64,000 nt of DNA. It comes from Vicugna vicugna. Lineage: Eukaryota. The stretch covers positions 3,705,239-3,769,238 of the forward strand of contig MU058384.1 of NCBI GenBank assembly GCA_013265495.1, in the 5' to 3' direction. Below are positions 63,760 through 64,000 of the stretch, piece after piece (the stretch's first letter is position 1; every line of letters starts with the position of its first letter). The position numbers and the translations under genes are program-made. The notes under the pieces are model-generated. The model saw nothing but the letters and a program-made list of their open reading frames with translations, was not told where the DNA came from and did no database searches.

Positions 63760-64000
63760 TTTATCTTTCTCGGGTAATATATTCACATGATACAAAAATT
63801 TATATGTGCAAAAGGATATATTAGTGGAAAGTCATCCTCCCATCCTTGTCTCCCTGGCAGCCAACTCCCCTCTCTGTTGGCAGCCACTGTTAATTTCTTG
63901 TGTATCCCTCTAGAGAGATTTTATATACAAATTAGAATTTTCTTTTTCTCTGTTTTATATACATGAATAGCAGCACAGGGTAAAACTTTCTGTACTTAGC
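63760..64000 (-). mobile_element. Old L1 (L1ME-like) 3'-end fragment, runs off the window
   Basis: ggtaatatattcacatgatacaaaa...aaaaggatat...gaaagtcatcctccc...gcagccactgttaatttcttgtgtatcc. Confidence 0.6.

Larger units (their letters stand above)
52257..64000 (+). other. MAP3K5: MAP3K5 following intron (5' part); the next exon (EIICQKNT) was not found in the window
   Basis: Starts with the GT donor at 52257. No sequence encoding the next ASK1 residues was seen by eye. Confidence 0.8.

Noticed and set aside
1..64000. CRISPR array, operon, prophage or other novel multi-gene system
   Set aside because: No regularly spaced repeats or long ORFs; the window is a repeat-rich mammalian intron with one exon.

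Overview
Mammalian genomic DNA, most likely a camelid (inferred from nine copies of a tRNA-Ala(AGC)-derived SINE that I recognise as the camelid Vic-1 type). The whole window lies inside the MAP3K5 (ASK1) gene on the + strand. It holds about 52 kb of a long upstream intron, one 140-nt coding exon (52117-52256, DIAVVEMSDAFRQPSLFYHLGVRESFSMANNIILYCDTNSDSLQSLK, equivalent to exon 2) and about 12 kb of the next intron. The rest is intronic: SINEs, L1/L2/CR1 fragments, ERV1 and MaLR solo LTRs, hAT and Tigger DNA-transposon relics, microsatellites and unique sequence with candidate enhancer motifs. No other protein-coding gene, functional RNA gene or CRISPR/prokaryotic system is supported, and I cannot support a new multi-gene system here. 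The most unusual items are: a young, polyadenylated, LTR-R-like ~150-nt retroposon (47324-47510); an inverted L1 tail in a plus-strand endonuclease site suggesting twin priming (58623-58758); a 50-nt L1 tail with a perfect 15-bp TSD; inverted SINEs flanking the exon; an exact PU.1:IRF composite motif next to a splice donor; and a (GT)11-T-rich-CAG cryptic acceptor. Repeat family names are from recall of consensus sequences, and boundaries of old repeats are approximate.
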